A DNA stretch of 53,565 nt from contig JBHGNT010000205.1 of assembly GCA_043228905.1 (NCBI GenBank), forward strand, positions 1 through 53,565. Reading direction: 5' to 3'. This document shows, piece by piece, positions 51,701-53,565 of this stretch; the stretch's first letter is position 1; each line of letters begins with the position of its first letter. Both the position numbers and the translations under genes were made by a program. The DNA comes from Azolla caroliniana (Eukaryota; Plantae; Polypodiophyta). A model generated the notes under the pieces. That model had not been told where the DNA came from. It saw nothing but the letters and a program-made list of their open reading frames with translations, and did not search any database.

Positions 51701-52388
51701 CAATCGTGAAGATCACCATCGGCTCCACTATTCTCGGATCGACGCACCCTATCTCCCTTGATGTAAATGCAAACGCTTTGCCATGTTGCTCCAACATCTC
51801 GCGAAACCGTTCTTCTTCTTTTTGTAATAGGAACCCACCTCCACCGATCCGAAGTTTCTTCCGGGTCTCATCCGTGAAGGCATGTCCGATATCCACGGAC
51901 TTCCAAAGTGTCGGATCTCCCGAGACTTCTTTCCTCTTTTGTTCGCTATCGGCGGGTAGTGGTCCCGCGGCCGATTTCACCTTCTTCTCCACGGTCTTGT
52001 ATTTCGTACTTACCATTGCTTCTTCTTTGCGGAGCGTATCCGGCTCCATTTTCGCAATGATCTCGTAAATCTCGACCGATTCCACCGGGACTACCCGGTT
52101 CCCTTGGATTTAATCTTCCGCAAGCTCGTCAAGTCGTTGTAGCATGCTCCCATAGAACACTTCTTCGACTATCCCCATGATTTCTTCATCTTCTTTTATT
52201 ATTGATGCCGACCGCAACTTATCCTCCACTTGTCAGTATCCTTTCTTCAATCCTCCGGTTACGGTCGTGTACGTAGATGCCCCATTCGGACCGATTCGTA
52301 CATGTTTTGCTCTGAGAGTTTTCTTCCTGTGTGGGGTATCAGGGCTTCTCGGACTATCACTTCCCCACTCCGCAACAGTCTGCTTTAA
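48788..52388 (-). pseudogene. pol: RT-RH-IN ORF, in the -1 frame relative to gag-PR, with some stops and frameshifts
   Basis: ORFs 50802-52085, 50082-50597, 49508-49969 and 48788-49501. Confidence 0.9.
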
Positions 52389-52394
52389 AAATCC
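52331..52394 (-). promoter_or_regulatory. Predicted -1 ribosomal frameshift signal (G GAU UUU plus pseudoknot)
   Basis: Slippery heptamer 52394-52388 directly before the TAA; 7-nt spacer; stem GACTGTTGC/GTGATAGTC; loop GTGGGG can pair with downstream CCCCAC; pol is in the -1 frame. Confidence 0.75.
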
Positions 52395-53565
52395 ATTCTC
52401 ACTTGGGACAAGAGTTCCCTCTTGTTCCTTTCGTGATTTGCCGGCACCGTTAGGAATTGGATGGATTTCCCACCGTTTTGGCTCCGAATTCGCGCAAAAC
52501 CCGCACCGCTATCGAGCACCTTCGTCTCCATCCGTGATGCCGTGATAAAGGGTTGGCCGAGGATGACGGAATGTGAAACCTCATCTTGTACGAAGAAATT
52601 TTGGTCGATCTCGACATCCCCGATCTTCACCGTCACATCCAGACAAGCCGCAAATAGATCTTCCGTTGCTTTGGTGGCCGCCCGAATCTTCCATCCATGG
52701 TTGGTGTTAATAGGCCACTTCCCCTTCCGGTAGAAATCCTTGGACATCAAGTTGACCTCCGATCCGTGATCAATCAATGCTAGCACGGGTTCTTTGATGT
52801 TGCCGATTCGGACCGGAGTCTCCGTAGTCGCGCGTGCCCAATGTGGCCTTGTATAGTGGGAGTTCGGAATTTCGTCCTCCACTTCGGTGTCGTTCATTAA
52901 AACGGTGTTCGCATTCACCCTTGGAGAATTTTCCTCCGTACTTTGTCTTTTTCGCTTCACGAGATCCACGAGAAGATCGTGGAACTCCTTCTTTGCTATT
53001 CCGAGTAGCTCCCGAAGCGAGAAATCTACCCGGCTATCCAAGATCCTTTCCTCGAACACTCTTTTCAAGTCGGTTTGTTGTTCTATGTCCGAGGCGAGCT
53101 TGAATGCCGGAGTTGCCTTTTCTTTTCCCTTACCTCCGGAGTTCCAGCTTTCCGGTATCTTCGATGGCCCGCCCGCATCCTGCGTGCGTCGTCGTTTCTT
53201 GTCCACATACACCTTATGCAATTGACACAGGGCGGGCGTATACGCTATTCTTGTCGATAGGGCACTCCCATCCCGTAGCTTCCCGGACGCCTTCCGCGGT
53301 GCTTCGGATCTCGTTGGAGTCGGTTTTCTCGGTGTTTTCTAGAACTTCCGGCCAAAAAGACGTCTTTGCTCTCGATGACTCCCCCACACATATTCCAGTG
53401 GTTGTTGCATAGTTGCTTCTTGCCGCCAATTCCTCCTCGAGCACCTTCTTCATGCTGCCTTTCCGGAAGTTCGGTCAGAGTGGCTTCCGAGAGTCCATCG
53501 AATGAATCCGGTTTCCCTCGTAGTAGATGAGATCCCGCCATAGCGCCTCCTTATGCTCGTCGCAA
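52385..53565 (-). pseudogene. gag: Gag C-terminus plus aspartic protease, ending ...RMDF*
   Basis: ORF 52385-53221 contains LIDHGSEVNLM and VILGQPF; upstream fragments extend to the window edge. Confidence 0.85.

Larger units (their letters stand above)
48073..53565 (-). mobile_element. Autonomous-type Trp-family Gypsy (3' LTR, IN, RH, RT, PR, gag end), running out of the window
   Basis: LTR 48073-48795 homologous to 11435-12259; PPT GGAGGGGGCGAG; RT RFIQDLQPVN, DLYSGYDQ, LPQGATNS and FLDD; IN YNPEANGKIERGH and RWFGPY; PR LIDHGSEVN. Confidence 0.95.

Overview
Eukaryotic, TE-dense plant DNA. The TE complement suggests a non-seed land plant (bryophyte, lycophyte or fern), but that is inference. 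Most of the window is three nests of decayed mobile elements: Ty3/Gypsy of three types, several Ty1/Copia, one LINE and one hAT remnant. Many have TG...CA LTRs, TSDs, PBS and PPT readable directly in the sequence. The only host gene found is a two-exon secreted legume (L-type) lectin on the minus strand (31075-29953). Three observations stand out. (1) Two diverged Athila/Tat-like Gypsy elements have no PPT next to the 3' LTR; instead they carry an inverted second PBS (a tRNA-3'-end-like sequence) exactly 2 nt from it, suggesting dual-tRNA priming or PBS pairing. (2) tRNA-like Pol III A/B-box cassettes sit in the U3 of five LTRs with TGTCG...CGACA termini. (3) A Trp-primed Gypsy has a -1 frameshift signal (G_GAU_UUU plus a predicted pseudoknot) between protease and RT, a 4-bp RCGY target preference, and a non-autonomous partner in the same window.
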